Assembly: GCA_964597145.1 (NCBI GenBank)
Contig: CAZQWH010000004.1
Coordinates: 195 to 64,194 of the forward strand
Direction: 5' to 3'
Source of the DNA: an uncultured Candidatus Saccharibacteria bacterium
Lineage (GTDB): Bacteria > Patescibacteriota > CAZHWT01
DNA length: 64,000 bases
A model generated the notes under the pieces. The model worked only from the letters and a program-made list of their open reading frames with translations, had not been told where the DNA came from and did no database searches. Shown piece by piece: positions 9,901-19,489 of the stretch (the stretch's first letter is position 1; every line of letters starts with the position of its first letter). Made by a program: the position numbers and the translations under genes.

Positions 9901-10377
9901 ATGAAGGTAAAAATTAAGCGAGTCGACACTAGTCTGCAGCTACCCGAATATGAAACAGCTGGGGCAGCTGGGTTTGATTTTTTAGCCCGTGAAGAGACAG
10001 TGATTAAACCCCAACAAATTATGCTAATCCCTGGGAATGTGATTGTGGAGACTCCCCAAAACTATATGCTAGCAGTTGTCAGCCGATCCTCCACGCCCCA
10101 AAAGCGGGGATTACAGCTGCCTCATGGTATTGGGATTATCGACTCAGATTACCGTGGTCCAGATGATGAAATCTGGATCCAAGTCTATAACTTTACCGAT
10201 CAGCTAGTAACGGTGCATCGTGGAGATAAAATCGCTCAAGGTATATTTATCCCCGTGGTTCAGGCTACTTGGGAAGAAGTAGGAGAGGTCACTGCGCCCA
10301 CCCGAGGTGGTGGAGGATCAACCGGAGGGTATGTTGGTGGACTAGATGAATTAGGCATAGATAGCCGAGAGGAGTAA
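9901..10377 (+). CDS. dut: dUTP diphosphatase
   Basis: AAGFD, SRSS, GIIDSDYRG, KIAQG and RGGGGSTG motifs. Confidence 0.96.
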   Translation: MKVKIKRVDTSLQLPEYETAGAAGFDFLAREETVIKPQQIMLIPGNVIVETPQNYMLAVVSRSSTPQKRGLQLPHGIGIIDSDYRGPDDEIWIQVYNFTDQLVTVHRGDKIAQGIFIPVVQATWEEVGEVTAPTRGGGGSTGGYVGGLDELGIDSREE

Positions 10378-10382
10378 TTTGT

Positions 10383-11006
10383 ATGGCCAAACGAGGTGTT
10401 TTAGTCTCATTCGAAGGCGGAGAAGGGGTTGGTAAAAGTACGGTCATTAAAAATGTAACTGAAAGGTTGCTGATGGACGGAGTTAACCTGATTAACGTAC
10501 ATGAGCCAGGTGGAGTAGAAATTAGCAAGAAAATCCGCGAAATTACGCATGATACTCATTTTATGCATATGGATTATCGGACAGAAGCTTTGCTCATGGC
10601 CGCTTCCCGGGCTCAAATTATTAAAGAGGTCTATGTTCCGGCTTTAGATAAAGGCAGCCTAGTCCTAGCCGATCGCTATGTCGACTCATCGTATGCTTAT
10701 CAGTCATTTGGCCGTGGTTTAGAGTTTGCCGAAATTAAACAAATTAACACCTTTGCCACCGAGGGTCTATTGCCAAATCGAACTTTCTTACTCGATGCGC
10801 CAGTAGAAATGGGTCATAAGCGTCGAGATGAAAGCTCGGCTCGGGATCGCTTTGATACAGAAGGTATTGAGTTTTTTGAGCGAGTCCGTCAAGGGTATCT
10901 TTATTTGGCCAATGCAGAACCAGAGCGGTTTGTCGTCTTAGATGCAACCCAGTCAGCCGATGTTATTGCCCAGCAAGTCTACGCCGAAATTAATCAGTTA
11001 ATATAA
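10383..11006 (+). CDS. tmk: Thymidylate kinase
   Basis: FEGGEGVGKST P-loop, HEPGG, DRYVDSSYAYQ. Confidence 0.96.
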   Translation: MAKRGVLVSFEGGEGVGKSTVIKNVTERLLMDGVNLINVHEPGGVEISKKIREITHDTHFMHMDYRTEALLMAASRAQIIKEVYVPALDKGSLVLADRYVDSSYAYQSFGRGLEFAEIKQINTFATEGLLPNRTFLLDAPVEMGHKRRDESSARDRFDTEGIEFFERVRQGYLYLANAEPERFVVLDATQSADVIAQQVYAEINQLI

Positions 11007-11036
11007 GTCAAATGAAGGTAGGTATGTAAGGCATAT

Positions 11037-11618
11037 ATGAAGCAACGTCACTATAAAAATATTGCCCTCTCCGGGGATGTTGGCACCGGCACCACCACCT
11101 TAGGCCGAAACCTGGCTGCCACTCTAGATTGGCAGCACACCAATGCTGGGGCATACTTTCGGGCTTGGCATCGAGAAAAGGGCATTCCGTTAGAACAAGT
11201 CGAGGCGATTCCAGAAGAGGTGGATCGTGAGTTGGATCATAGATTTAAAACTGACATGTCGCGAATGGAAAAGCATGTGTTTGAATCTCATTTAGCTGGT
11301 TGGTTGGCTAAAGATTTGCCATTAACCTACAAAATATTGTGTATTGCCGAAGAACGAGTAACGATGGAGCGAATTGCTGCCCGAGAGTCGTGGAGCCTAG
11401 CGGACGCGCGCAAATTCTCAACTAAGCGGACGCAAGGGTTAAATCAAAAGTTTAATCAGCTCTACGGAGTAAAAGACCCGTATAATGCAGATTTTTTTGA
11501 CTTGGTTATAGATACTACCGATTTAAGTGCTGGCAGAGTGCTCGACTTGGCCTTGAAAAATTTCTTGGAAGCACAATCTGGTGGACATGATTTAGCGGCG
11601 GTGCTGGATGTAGAATAA
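11037..11618 (+). CDS. cmk: Cytidylate kinase, short archaeal-type
   Basis: IALSGDVGTGTTT, AGAYFR, DRELD, ESHLAGW, YG..FDLVIDT. Confidence 0.8.
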   Translation: MKQRHYKNIALSGDVGTGTTTLGRNLAATLDWQHTNAGAYFRAWHREKGIPLEQVEAIPEEVDRELDHRFKTDMSRMEKHVFESHLAGWLAKDLPLTYKILCIAEERVTMERIAARESWSLADARKFSTKRTQGLNQKFNQLYGVKDPYNADFFDLVIDTTDLSAGRVLDLALKNFLEAQSGGHDLAAVLDVE

Positions 11619-11712
11619 CGCTCAATCAGATTGCAATCTTATCCCTGTCGCTGTAGAATACCTAGCAACTTGTCGTGAGGACAAGTTAGCCCAAGCAAGA
11701 GAGGACTAAAAC

Positions 11713-11928
11713 ATGAAGGTGATTGCAAACACGGCTGCGGGCAGAGACTTGGAAAGGATTGAATTGAGGTCCAATACAAATTCGTTTAAATTGGTAGCAA
11801 CAATCATTGTTCCTCCAGAATTTGCCCAGACAGCAGAACAGCGTGATACCTGGCGGATGGCAGTCGAGCGTTGTCGAGCTTTAGCTCGGGCTAATCAGGC
11901 CATAAATACCAGCGGAGAAGATGACTAA
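11713..11928 (+). CDS. Small hypothetical protein (stand-alone cassette)
   Basis: TTGCAA-N17-TAGAAT promoter, leader hairpin AACTTGTC/GACAAGTT, SD GAGG, terminator at 11972-12003. Confidence 0.6.
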   Translation: MKVIANTAAGRDLERIELRSNTNSFKLVATIIVPPEFAQTAEQRDTWRMAVERCRALARANQAINTSGEDD

Positions 11929-11971
11929 ATGCCATTTGCCAGTACTAGCTAAAGTAGTAGACATTGGCACC

Positions 11972-12003
11972 GGCGGGGCACAAATACCCCGCCAAATCTT
12001 TCT
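11972..12003 (+). terminator. Intrinsic terminator
   Basis: GGCGGGG/CCCCGCC stem followed by a T-rich tract. Confidence 0.6.
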
Positions 12004-12159
12004 TAGCTAGTGCCTATCTCACTGGTAAAAGAAAATAATGGGCATAGCTACTAAATCGTCATGCATCATTCACTGAGTAAAAAGTAACCAGAGAGGTGTA
12101 AGCTGCTAATCACACCTAGTGTACAATCTGCGATATACTAAATACAAGATACTAACCTT

Positions 12160-15072
12160 ATGCCTTTTAAATCAGTAAGCTCACAAGTTGATTTTGTTGC
12201 CTTAGAACAAGAAGTTGCTCAATGGTGGCACCAAGAGCAAATTATTCAAAAGTACTTAAATCGTAACCATGCCAGCCAGCAAAAGTTTTCGTTTCTCGAT
12301 GGACCCCTAACCGCCAACAACCCAATGGGTGTGCATCATGCATGGGGACGAACCTACAAGGATGCCTATCAGCGGTTTCATAACATGCTTGGTCATCAGC
12401 AGCGCTTTCAGAATGGCTTTGATGAGCAAGGCTTATGGGTCGAAGTTGAAGTTGAAAAAGAGCTTGGGCTTCATACCAAAAAAGATATTTTAAACCTTGT
12501 GCCGGGAGACGAGTTTGCTTCGCTTGAAAAATTTATTAACCTTTGTAAAGAAAGAGTCGCCAAGTATTCCGCTGTTCAAACCGAGCAGTCAAAACGGCTG
12601 GGGTACTTTATGGATTGGCAAAACTCTTATCACACCTCAAGCGCCGAAAATAACTATTGGATTTGGCATTTCCTCAAAGTCTGTAACGACAAAGGTTGGA
12701 TCTATAAAGGTCATGACTCGGTACCATGGTGCCCACGCTGTGGTACAGCTATTTCTCAGATGGAAATACTAACCGAAGATTACAAAGAAGTTGTCCATGA
12801 GTCTATTTACTTTACACTTCCGCTAGCGAATCGAGAGGGTGAAAATCTACTGGTCTGGACCACTACCCCCTGGACCATCCCGGCCAATGTGGCAGTTGCA
12901 GTTAACCCCGAATTTGAGTATGTCCTAGTTCAAACTGAGAGTAGGTTAGTATGGGTAGGCAAAGAGGCCAACCAACGGTTGCAGTTGGGAGAGCCAATTA
13001 AGTCGGTCAAGGGGACCGAGCTAATTGGACAAACATATGCAGGAGCATTTGATTACCTGACTTCGGTTAAAAATGCTCGCCAAGAGCGACCCGAAACGTT
13101 TCATACGGTTATTCCGGCCAAAGATTTGGTGATTGAAGGTGAAGGTACCGGGCTAGTGCATATTGCCCCAGGGGCTGGGGCCGAAGACTTTAAGATTGGC
13201 AAGGAGCAAGAGCTAAGTGTTATTGCCCCCATCGACGAATCCGCCGAGTATGTAAGCGGTTTTGATTTCTTAACTGGCCAGAACGCCAAAAAACATCCTG
13301 AGCTGATCATTAACTATTTAACTGGACATGAAAAAGGCCGATTCTTATTTAAAGTTGAAAGGTATAAGCATCGGTATCCAATTTGCTGGCGGTGTAAAAC
13401 TGAGTTAGTCTGGCGAGTGGTTGATGAATGGTATATAGCAGTTGATGTTAAAGACGAATCGGGCAAGACATACCGAGAGCAAATGGTTGAAGTGGCTCAG
13501 TCAATTAACTGGCTACCATCATGGGGCTTGGATCGAGAATTAGATTGGCTTAAGAATTTAGGTGATTGGCTCATCTCAAAGAAGCGATTTTGGGGATTGG
13601 CCTTGCCTATTTATGAAGACATAGACGGTTCGTTTATTGTAGTGGGTTCACACGATGAGTTAAAAAAATTAGCGGTAGAGGGCTGGCCAGAATTTGAAGG
13701 TCATACGCCTCACCGACCATGGATAGATCAAGTTAAAATCAAATCACCAAAAACAGGTGCTATACTTAGTCGCATTCCAGATGTAGGCAACCCATGGCTA
13801 GACGCTGGCATTGTTTCATTCTCAACCATGCCCCAAGATTGGTTCCCTGCCGACTTTATTACTGAAAGTTTTCCAGGCCAGTTTAAAAACTGGTTCTATG
13901 CCCTCATCGCGATGTCAACCGTTCTAAAAAACGAACGGCAAGGAACCGAGCCATACCGGCCATTTAAAACCGTACTTGGCTATGGAACTGTTCGGGATGA
14001 GAAGGGCCAGGAGATGCATAAAAGTAAAGGTAATTCGATCGAGTTTAATGCGGCGGCCGAAACCGTTGGGGCAGAGTCGATGCGATGGCAGTATGTAACC
14101 GCTAACCCAGAAAATAACCTTAACTTTGGATTTGGCCCGGCCAAAGAAATTCAACGCCGGTTTTTCTTAATCTGGTGGAATACCTATAATTTTTTTGTGA
14201 CCTATGCCAATTTGGATGGGTGGGAGCCAAATAAAGCAAAAGCAATTCCAGTTACCCAGCGGCACGTCCTTGATCAGTGGATCCTTGGACAATTAAACGA
14301 ATTGGTAAAAGAATCAACAGATCAACTAGCTGCGTTTAATACCATGACGCCTTCCAGAGCCCTAGAACAGTTTGTTGTTGGGCAGTTATCAACCTGGTAC
14401 ATCCGTCGGTCTCGAAATAGGGTTGGCCCAACAGCCGCCGATATAACCGATAAACACGCCTTTTATCAGACAACCTATGAGGTATTAACAACTCTTTGCC
14501 AGCTAGGTGCCCCTTACTTGCCATACTTAACCGATAAAATGTATACAAACTTAACTAGTGGCAAATCCGTCCATCTGAGCAACTGGCCAAAAATCAACCA
14601 AGATAAGGCATTTGCATCGCGCGCTAAAGAGCTAAGAAATTCCATGATTGTAGCTCGCGACATAGTCGAGACAGCCCACGCTGAACGGGAAAAACTAGGG
14701 ATTAAGTTAAAGCAGCCTTTACTTAAAGCTATATACCAAGCACCCATCCCAAGTAAGCTCGAAGATGCTATCGAGCAATTGATAGCCGAAGAAATAAATG
14801 TCAAGAAAATTGAATTTGGACGGAAAAATATGGATCAGTCTGCGGTTGAGTTTGATCAAACGGTGACCACCGAACTCGCAGCTGAGCGAACTGCTCGCGA
14901 ATTAGTACGTGCCATTCAAGCCCAGCGCAAAAAACTTGGCTGTAAGCTAGATGCCGTAATTAAGGTAACCTTGCCAGATTGGCCAACTTCTCAGACCGAA
15001 GAAATTAAGCGGCTGACCCTGGCCAAAGAGCTAGTTAAGGGCGATGAATTGCACGTCGAAGTTGTCGGCTAG
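12160..15072 (+). CDS. ileS: Isoleucine--tRNA ligase (type 2)
   Basis: DGPLTANNPMGVHH, WTTTPWT, GTGLVHIAPG, DWLISKKRFWG, EMHKSKGN, WYIRRSR. Confidence 0.97.
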   Translation: MPFKSVSSQVDFVALEQEVAQWWHQEQIIQKYLNRNHASQQKFSFLDGPLTANNPMGVHHAWGRTYKDAYQRFHNMLGHQQRFQNGFDEQGLWVEVEVEKELGLHTKKDILNLVPGDEFASLEKFINLCKERVAKYSAVQTEQSKRLGYFMDWQNSYHTSSAENNYWIWHFLKVCNDKGWIYKGHDSVPWCPRCGTAISQMEILTEDYKEVVHESIYFTLPLANREGENLLVWTTTPWTIPANVAVAVNPEFEYVLVQTESRLVWVGKEANQRLQLGEPIKSVKGTELIGQTYAGAFDYLTSVKNARQERPETFHTVIPAKDLVIEGEGTGLVHIAPGAGAEDFKIGKEQELSVIAPIDESAEYVSGFDFLTGQNAKKHPELIINYLTGHEKGRFLFKVERYKHRYPICWRCKTELVWRVVDEWYIAVDVKDESGKTYREQMVEVAQSINWLPSWGLDRELDWLKNLGDWLISKKRFWGLALPIYEDIDGSFIVVGSHDELKKLAVEGWPEFEGHTPHRPWIDQVKIKSPKTGAILSRIPDVGNPWLDAGIVSFSTMPQDWFPADFITESFPGQFKNWFYALIAMSTVLKNERQGTEPYRPFKTVLGYGTVRDEKGQEMHKSKGNSIEFNAAAETVGAESMRWQYVTANPENNLNFGFGPAKEIQRRFFLIWWNTYNFFVTYANLDGWEPNKAKAIPVTQRHVLDQWILGQLNELVKESTDQLAAFNTMTPSRALEQFVVGQLSTWYIRRSRNRVGPTAADITDKHAFYQTTYEVLTTLCQLGAPYLPYLTDKMYTNLTSGKSVHLSNWPKINQDKAFASRAKELRNSMIVARDIVETAHAEREKLGIKLKQPLLKAIYQAPIPSKLEDAIEQLIAEEINVKKIEFGRKNMDQSAVEFDQTVTTELAAERTARELVRAIQAQRKKLGCKLDAVIKVTLPDWPTSQTEEIKRLTLAKELVKGDELHVEVVG

Positions 15073-15079
15073 TGCCACG

Positions 15080-15152
15080 GGATACAGAAGACTGGATTCA
15101 GGATTCGATTTTTGAAGGTGTAGTATCTCGCTACATTCTGGATTCCGCATCC
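15080..15152. repeat. Short inverted heptamer element between ileS and rodA
   Basis: GGATACA GAAGACT GGATTCA GGATTCG ... ATTCTGG ATTCCGC ATCC; same family as the 8217 and 8527 arrays. Confidence 0.55.
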
Positions 15153-15170
15153 AAATTTTCGGAGAAAATT

Positions 15171-16268
15171 ATGCAAACTGCCTGGTGGAAAAAATGGGAT
15201 TGGTGGTTGATTGGGTCAATGGTGCTACTGGTTGGCTTAAGTTTAACCATGCTCGTATCAATCACTATTGGCTCAGACCAGCCTTACGCTCGCAACCAAG
15301 CCCTATTTGTGTTAGCGGGGGCAGCGGTGTTTATTGTCGTTTCCCAAATTGACTACCGTTGGTTGGTTCAATTATCGCCAATATTATATGGAGCCTGCAT
15401 CGGGCTACTGTTGGTAGTGGCGGTATTTGCACAAATAACTCGGGGAGCGGCCAGCTGGTTAGAATTAGGATCCTTTTCCTTACAGCCCTCCGAGTTTATG
15501 AAAGTAGCCATTATCTTATTTATGGCGTTTATCTACATTCGTTTAGCCGACAGACAGTGGTTGGGAGTTAGACTAATAGCTGCCTATATAGTGGCGCTAA
15601 TTATCCCCATCATACTTGTTTTACTACAGCCAGATTTTGGCACAACCTTAGTAATTGTTGCTGCTTGGGTTGGGGTGGTTTGGATGAGTCCAATTAGTAA
15701 AAAAATACTAGCGGGGTTAGGCCTGAGTCTACTCGTCTTGTTGGTAGCAGGCTGGGCATTTTTAGCCCCTTATCAACAACAACGCGTTATTACCTTTATA
15801 AATCCTTCTGTCGACCCACTGGGACATGGATATAATGTGCTGCAATCTATTATAGCGGTCGGTTCTGGAGGCTGGCTGGGACAAGGTTGGGGTCGAGGTA
15901 CCCAGAGCCATTTAAACTTCCTCCCTGAACATCACACGGATTTTATTTTTGCTAGTCTCTCAGAAGAGTTAGGGTTCGTAGGTTCAATCAGTGTCTTGAT
16001 ATTGTATGGCGTTATTGTGTGGCGAGGTCTGCGAATAATCTGGGTATCCAACTCTCAGCGCGAAGTTATGATTGCGAGTGGTATTCTAACCATGCTCGTC
16101 GTCCAAACTGGAGTAAATATTGCGATGAATGTTGGATTAGCCCCCGTCACCGGAATCCCATTGCCATTGGTTAGTTATGGAGGAAGCTCGTTACTCGTGA
16201 CGGTTACGGCACTAGCGGTGATTCATAATATGTATCGCCAACACAAGATAAATCCACCTCCAATATAG
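15171..16268 (+). CDS. rodA: SEDS peptidoglycan glycosyltransferase RodA
   Basis: LQPSEFMK, LQPDFGT, DPLGHGYN, LPEHHTDFIF, PLVSYGGSS; SD GGAG before ATG 15171. Confidence 0.93.
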   Translation: MQTAWWKKWDWWLIGSMVLLVGLSLTMLVSITIGSDQPYARNQALFVLAGAAVFIVVSQIDYRWLVQLSPILYGACIGLLLVVAVFAQITRGAASWLELGSFSLQPSEFMKVAIILFMAFIYIRLADRQWLGVRLIAAYIVALIIPIILVLLQPDFGTTLVIVAAWVGVVWMSPISKKILAGLGLSLLVLLVAGWAFLAPYQQQRVITFINPSVDPLGHGYNVLQSIIAVGSGGWLGQGWGRGTQSHLNFLPEHHTDFIFASLSEELGFVGSISVLILYGVIVWRGLRIIWVSNSQREVMIASGILTMLVVQTGVNIAMNVGLAPVTGIPLPLVSYGGSSLLVTVTALAVIHNMYRQHKINPPPI

Positions 16269-16308
16269 GTAGTGTGGAAGGTATAACTAATCCGCAATTC
16301 AATCGTAG

Positions 16309-16337
16309 TTGACATTTAAGCCAAAAAACAGTATATT
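16309..16337 (+). promoter_or_regulatory. Sigma70-type promoter of rplU-rpmA
   Basis: TTGACA-N17-TATATT. Confidence 0.75.
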
Positions 16338-16346
16338 ACTTCAGTT

Positions 16347-16721
16347 ATGCAATACGCAGTTATCTCTACCGGCGGAAAACAATATATAGCTACCCCAGGC
16401 CAACAATTAGCAGTTGAATATTTGCCTCAAGCAGAAGGTCAATCAGTTGTGTTTGACCAAGTTCTGTTATCAGTTGATGGCAATAAAGTCGAAGTCGGCG
16501 CGCCAGCGGTTACTGGTTTAACCGTTTCTGCTACCGTGGTTAAACAAGGTTTAGGTGAAAAGATTCGGGTATTTAAATACAAGTCTAAAAGTCGCTATCG
16601 CCGCACTACCGGTCATCGGCAGAAAGAAACCATAGTTCGGATCGATACCATTGGCGGTGCTAAGTCAGCAGTTAAAAAATCTGAGGCTACCACCCCCAAA
16701 AAGGTCGAGGTTAAGGAGTAA
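16347..16721 (+). CDS. rplU: 50S ribosomal protein L21
   Basis: YAVISTGGKQY, GHRQ. Confidence 0.98.
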   Translation: MQYAVISTGGKQYIATPGQQLAVEYLPQAEGQSVVFDQVLLSVDGNKVEVGAPAVTGLTVSATVVKQGLGEKIRVFKYKSKSRYRRTTGHRQKETIVRIDTIGGAKSAVKKSEATTPKKVEVKE

Positions 16722-16728
16722 TTAGAAT

Positions 16729-16977
16729 ATGGCACATAAGAAAGCTGGTGGCTCCAAAGCCCGACAAAGTAGTAATCAACGCGGAAAACGCTTAGGCGTT
16801 AAAATCTTCGGTTCTCAACAAGTAAAAGCTGGAAATATTTTAATGCGTCAAAAAGGCACCAAGATGCATGCGGGCGAAGGCGTGGGCATGGGCCGTGATT
16901 TTACCTTATTTGCCTTAATTGATGGTGTAGTTGAATTTGGTATACATAAAGGCCGCAAATTAATCAGAGTTAAATAA
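16729..16977 (+). CDS. rpmA: 50S ribosomal protein L27
   Basis: [24 protein letters not shown]. Confidence 0.98.
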   Translation: MAHKKAGGSKARQSSNQRGKRLGVKIFGSQQVKAGNILMRQKGTKMHAGEGVGMGRDFTLFALIDGVVEFGIHKGRKLIRVK

Positions 16978-16987
16978 ATCATTCCCC

Positions 16988-17017
16988 AAAAATATTATAT
17001 TTAAATATAATATTTTT
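16988..17017. promoter_or_regulatory. 30-bp perfect palindrome with core TTATATTTAAATATAA (candidate parS or operator, copy 1)
   Basis: AAAAATATTATATTTAAATATAATATTTTT; the core recurs at 30985 and 63506. Confidence 0.55.
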
Positions 17018-17031
17018 TGTCACTAAAATAG

Positions 17032-17067
17032 TACCAAAACAGCAGGCATTAGCCTGCTGTTTTGGTA
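17032..17067. terminator. Intrinsic terminator after rpmA
   Basis: TACCAAAACAGCAGGC-ATTA-GCCTGCTGTTTTGGTA perfect stem. Confidence 0.85.
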
Positions 17068-17368
17068 TATAACCTATCCATCTTGAACAGTGCCTGTCAA
17101 AATAGTGAGTCAGATCTTGTTCAACACTTCAGCTGTGGATACATCTAGGAGCGAACTCTGCAATAGCTGTGTCTATCTCGGACTTGATGATTGGCGAAAC
17201 TGCCACCAGCCATCCGGCAGGCACGCGCCACTTCAATGATTGGGAAAAAGAGATCATGGCGAGTCACAACCTTTGGCGAATTTATACGGTGATTCTGCCA
17301 AATTGTTAATCACTGTAAACCTTCGTATAAACCTTGGTCATTTTCCACAATAATGGTATTATGTTTCC

Positions 17369-18187
17369 ATGGCAGATCAATTAGTCCAACTCGACCACGA
17401 CGTTATATCTCCTAACCCCTTACAGCCCCGCGGCACCATTGCGCAGTCAAGTCTCAAGACATTAGCCGATTCAATTAAGGCCAACGGGATTCTAGAGCCG
17501 TTAGTGGTGGCCGACACCCCGGCTGGGTATCAAATCATCGCCGGTGAGCGGCGTTGGCGGGCGGCTAAGCTAGCCGGCCTTAAAACTGTTCCGGTGGTTA
17601 TTAAAAAAGTTAACCAGCGCGAAATGCTTGTCCTGTCAATTGTGGAGAACCTACATCGTGAGGACCTCAACGTTTTAGAAGAAGCCGCCGGGTATCGTAA
17701 ACTTGCCGATGATTTTAGTCTGACATTGCAGCAAATTAGTGAAAAAATGGGCCTAGCCGTTCCCACCATCTCCAATCGAATGCGCTTACTACGCTTACCC
17801 GATGCGGTAAAACAGTCGTTATTAGATGGAAAAATTCAGGAAGGACATGCCAAGAGTTTGGTTGGGTTAGAAGATCCCAACTTAATCTTTGAGGTCTTTA
17901 GTCAAGTAATTAAAAAACGCTTATCTATTTCCCAAACTGAAGAATTATGCCGCCGTTATCAGCAAGAAGAGCGCATGAACCAACGGGTGTTATTTAATGA
18001 TGAGGCCAAAAAAGTTGAGGGCAAACAACTGTCAAAATTAGAAGCAGTATTATCCAAGAAGTTAAAATGCAAGACCAAAATTATTAAGACAAAGCATCGA
18101 GTTAAGGTAGAATTCACTTTTCCTAATGATGAAAAGTTGGATTTTATTTTAAAACAGTTGGCTGATACTTCATTAGACCAGCTCTAA
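17369..18187 (+). CDS. parB: ParB/Spo0J-family partition protein
   Basis: PNPLQPR, GILEPL, IIAGERRWRAA (CTPase motif), VENLHREDLN, HTH, EGHAK. Confidence 0.95.
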   Translation: MADQLVQLDHDVISPNPLQPRGTIAQSSLKTLADSIKANGILEPLVVADTPAGYQIIAGERRWRAAKLAGLKTVPVVIKKVNQREMLVLSIVENLHREDLNVLEEAAGYRKLADDFSLTLQQISEKMGLAVPTISNRMRLLRLPDAVKQSLLDGKIQEGHAKSLVGLEDPNLIFEVFSQVIKKRLSISQTEELCRRYQQEERMNQRVLFNDEAKKVEGKQLSKLEAVLSKKLKCKTKIIKTKHRVKVEFTFPNDEKLDFILKQLADTSLDQL

Positions 18188-18195
18188 TGAAGTAT

Positions 18196-18725
18196 CTAGC
18201 GGCGACTCAAGAATCTATCTGCTAGCAAAATGGCATCTAAATCTGTAGTGTTACCCTTCAACGCCAGTTCCAGAAATTGGGGCCATGGCAACTCTTCAAC
18301 TTCAAAGTATTCCAGTGCTTCCGGCGTTGCTTTTTGCACTTTCTGGCTATTTTCGAGGATAAAAATATGCTTTTTGCCTATATTGTAGGCAGAGAAGTAA
18401 GAAGTACCAAGAACTATTGGCTTACCCTGGTGTAGCCAACTTCCTCCAAGACTTCGCGTTCAACAGCGTCTTGAGGGTCTTCATTGGTATTAATAAAACC
18501 ACCAATTAACTCGTTAAAAACTTTCTCTGGGCCTGGTCGAAAATGCTTGACGGTAACGACACTTTGCTCTGGGGTTAATACTATGGCCGTGGCAGTGTCG
18601 CCATCATGATAAAGATCAACATCATCCACAGCCCCGTTAGGTAGCTGAAAACGACGCTTAATAAGCTTGCGGAAGCCTGCCTTATACGGCTCTTCCTTTA
18701 ATTTTTTCCAAATAAGATCCACCAC
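18196..18725 (-). pseudogene. Frameshifted NUDIX (ADP-ribose pyrophosphatase-like) gene
   Basis: The ORF stops just after REVLEEVGY; removing 2 nt near 18430 continues GKPIVLGTSYFSAYN...LKGNTTDLDAILLADRFLSRR*, collinear with the paralog at 25647-26189. Confidence 0.85.
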
Positions 18726-18731
18726 TAGTCC

Positions 18732-19373
18732 TTAGTACTCTGCATGTGCCACAAAGCCAAATTGAGGCAGGGGCCAGTAAACGAAGAAGGCTCGGCCAAT
18801 AATTTTCTTTTTATCAAGTAAGCCCCAAGAGCGAGAGTCATACGAGAAATTGCGGTTATCACCCATCACCACATATTTATCTTCCGGTATGGTAACTTCC
18901 TCGCCATCATGGAGATAATTACCACCATTCGTGGTGGTTGATGAGCCTAAATAATTCTCGTCCAGAGCGAAGCCTTTAGGGTGTTCTTTATTAGTAATAA
19001 TGACTTGGTTATTAGATATTTTTATTTTCTCGCCAGGTAAACCAATAATCCGCTTAATAAACTGCACATTTGGATCTTCGGGGCTTTTCAGTACAATGAC
19101 ATCGCCACGTTCAGGAGTGCCAACCCAATGATATAGCTTACTGGTCAAAATATATTCACCATCTTGGTAATTCGGTTGCATCGACTCTCCACGAACCAAA
19201 TGTGGTTGAGCAATAAAGGTATAGATGACAAAAAAGATAATTAAAGCAATCGCCACGGTTTCCAAGGCATCCATGAAGAACCCTTTAGTCGAGGGCTTAG
19301 ATGCTGGTGTTGGCTCAGCAAATTGTTTATCTGGAGTATCGATAACGGTGAGTTCTGGCTCTTCGTTTTTCAT
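18732..19373 (-). CDS. lepB: Signal peptidase I
   Basis: GESMQP, FIKRIIGLPG, MGDNRNFSYDSR. Confidence 0.97.
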   Translation of the reverse strand: MKNEEPELTVIDTPDKQFAEPTPASKPSTKGFFMDALETVAIALIIFFVIYTFIAQPHLVRGESMQPNYQDGEYILTSKLYHWVGTPERGDVIVLKSPEDPNVQFIKRIIGLPGEKIKISNNQVIITNKEHPKGFALDENYLGSSTTTNGGNYLHDGEEVTIPEDKYVVMGDNRNFSYDSRSWGLLDKKKIIGRAFFVYWPLPQFGFVAHAEY

Positions 19374-19489
19374 AAGTGTTAATTGCAGCCATCATTATAC
19401 TCCTAAATAGGAATAACTCCTAGTGCCAAGGATGTTATTGCGTTAAAATATCTACGATCCCCAATATATCCGTGATATGATATCTGAGT

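Noticed and set aside
17135-17349. oriC suggested by DnaA-box-like 9-mers (TGTGGATAC, TTTTCCACA; a perfect box at 54255)
   Set aside because: The boxes are few and scattered, one is inside atpH, and there is no dnaA or dnaN in the window.
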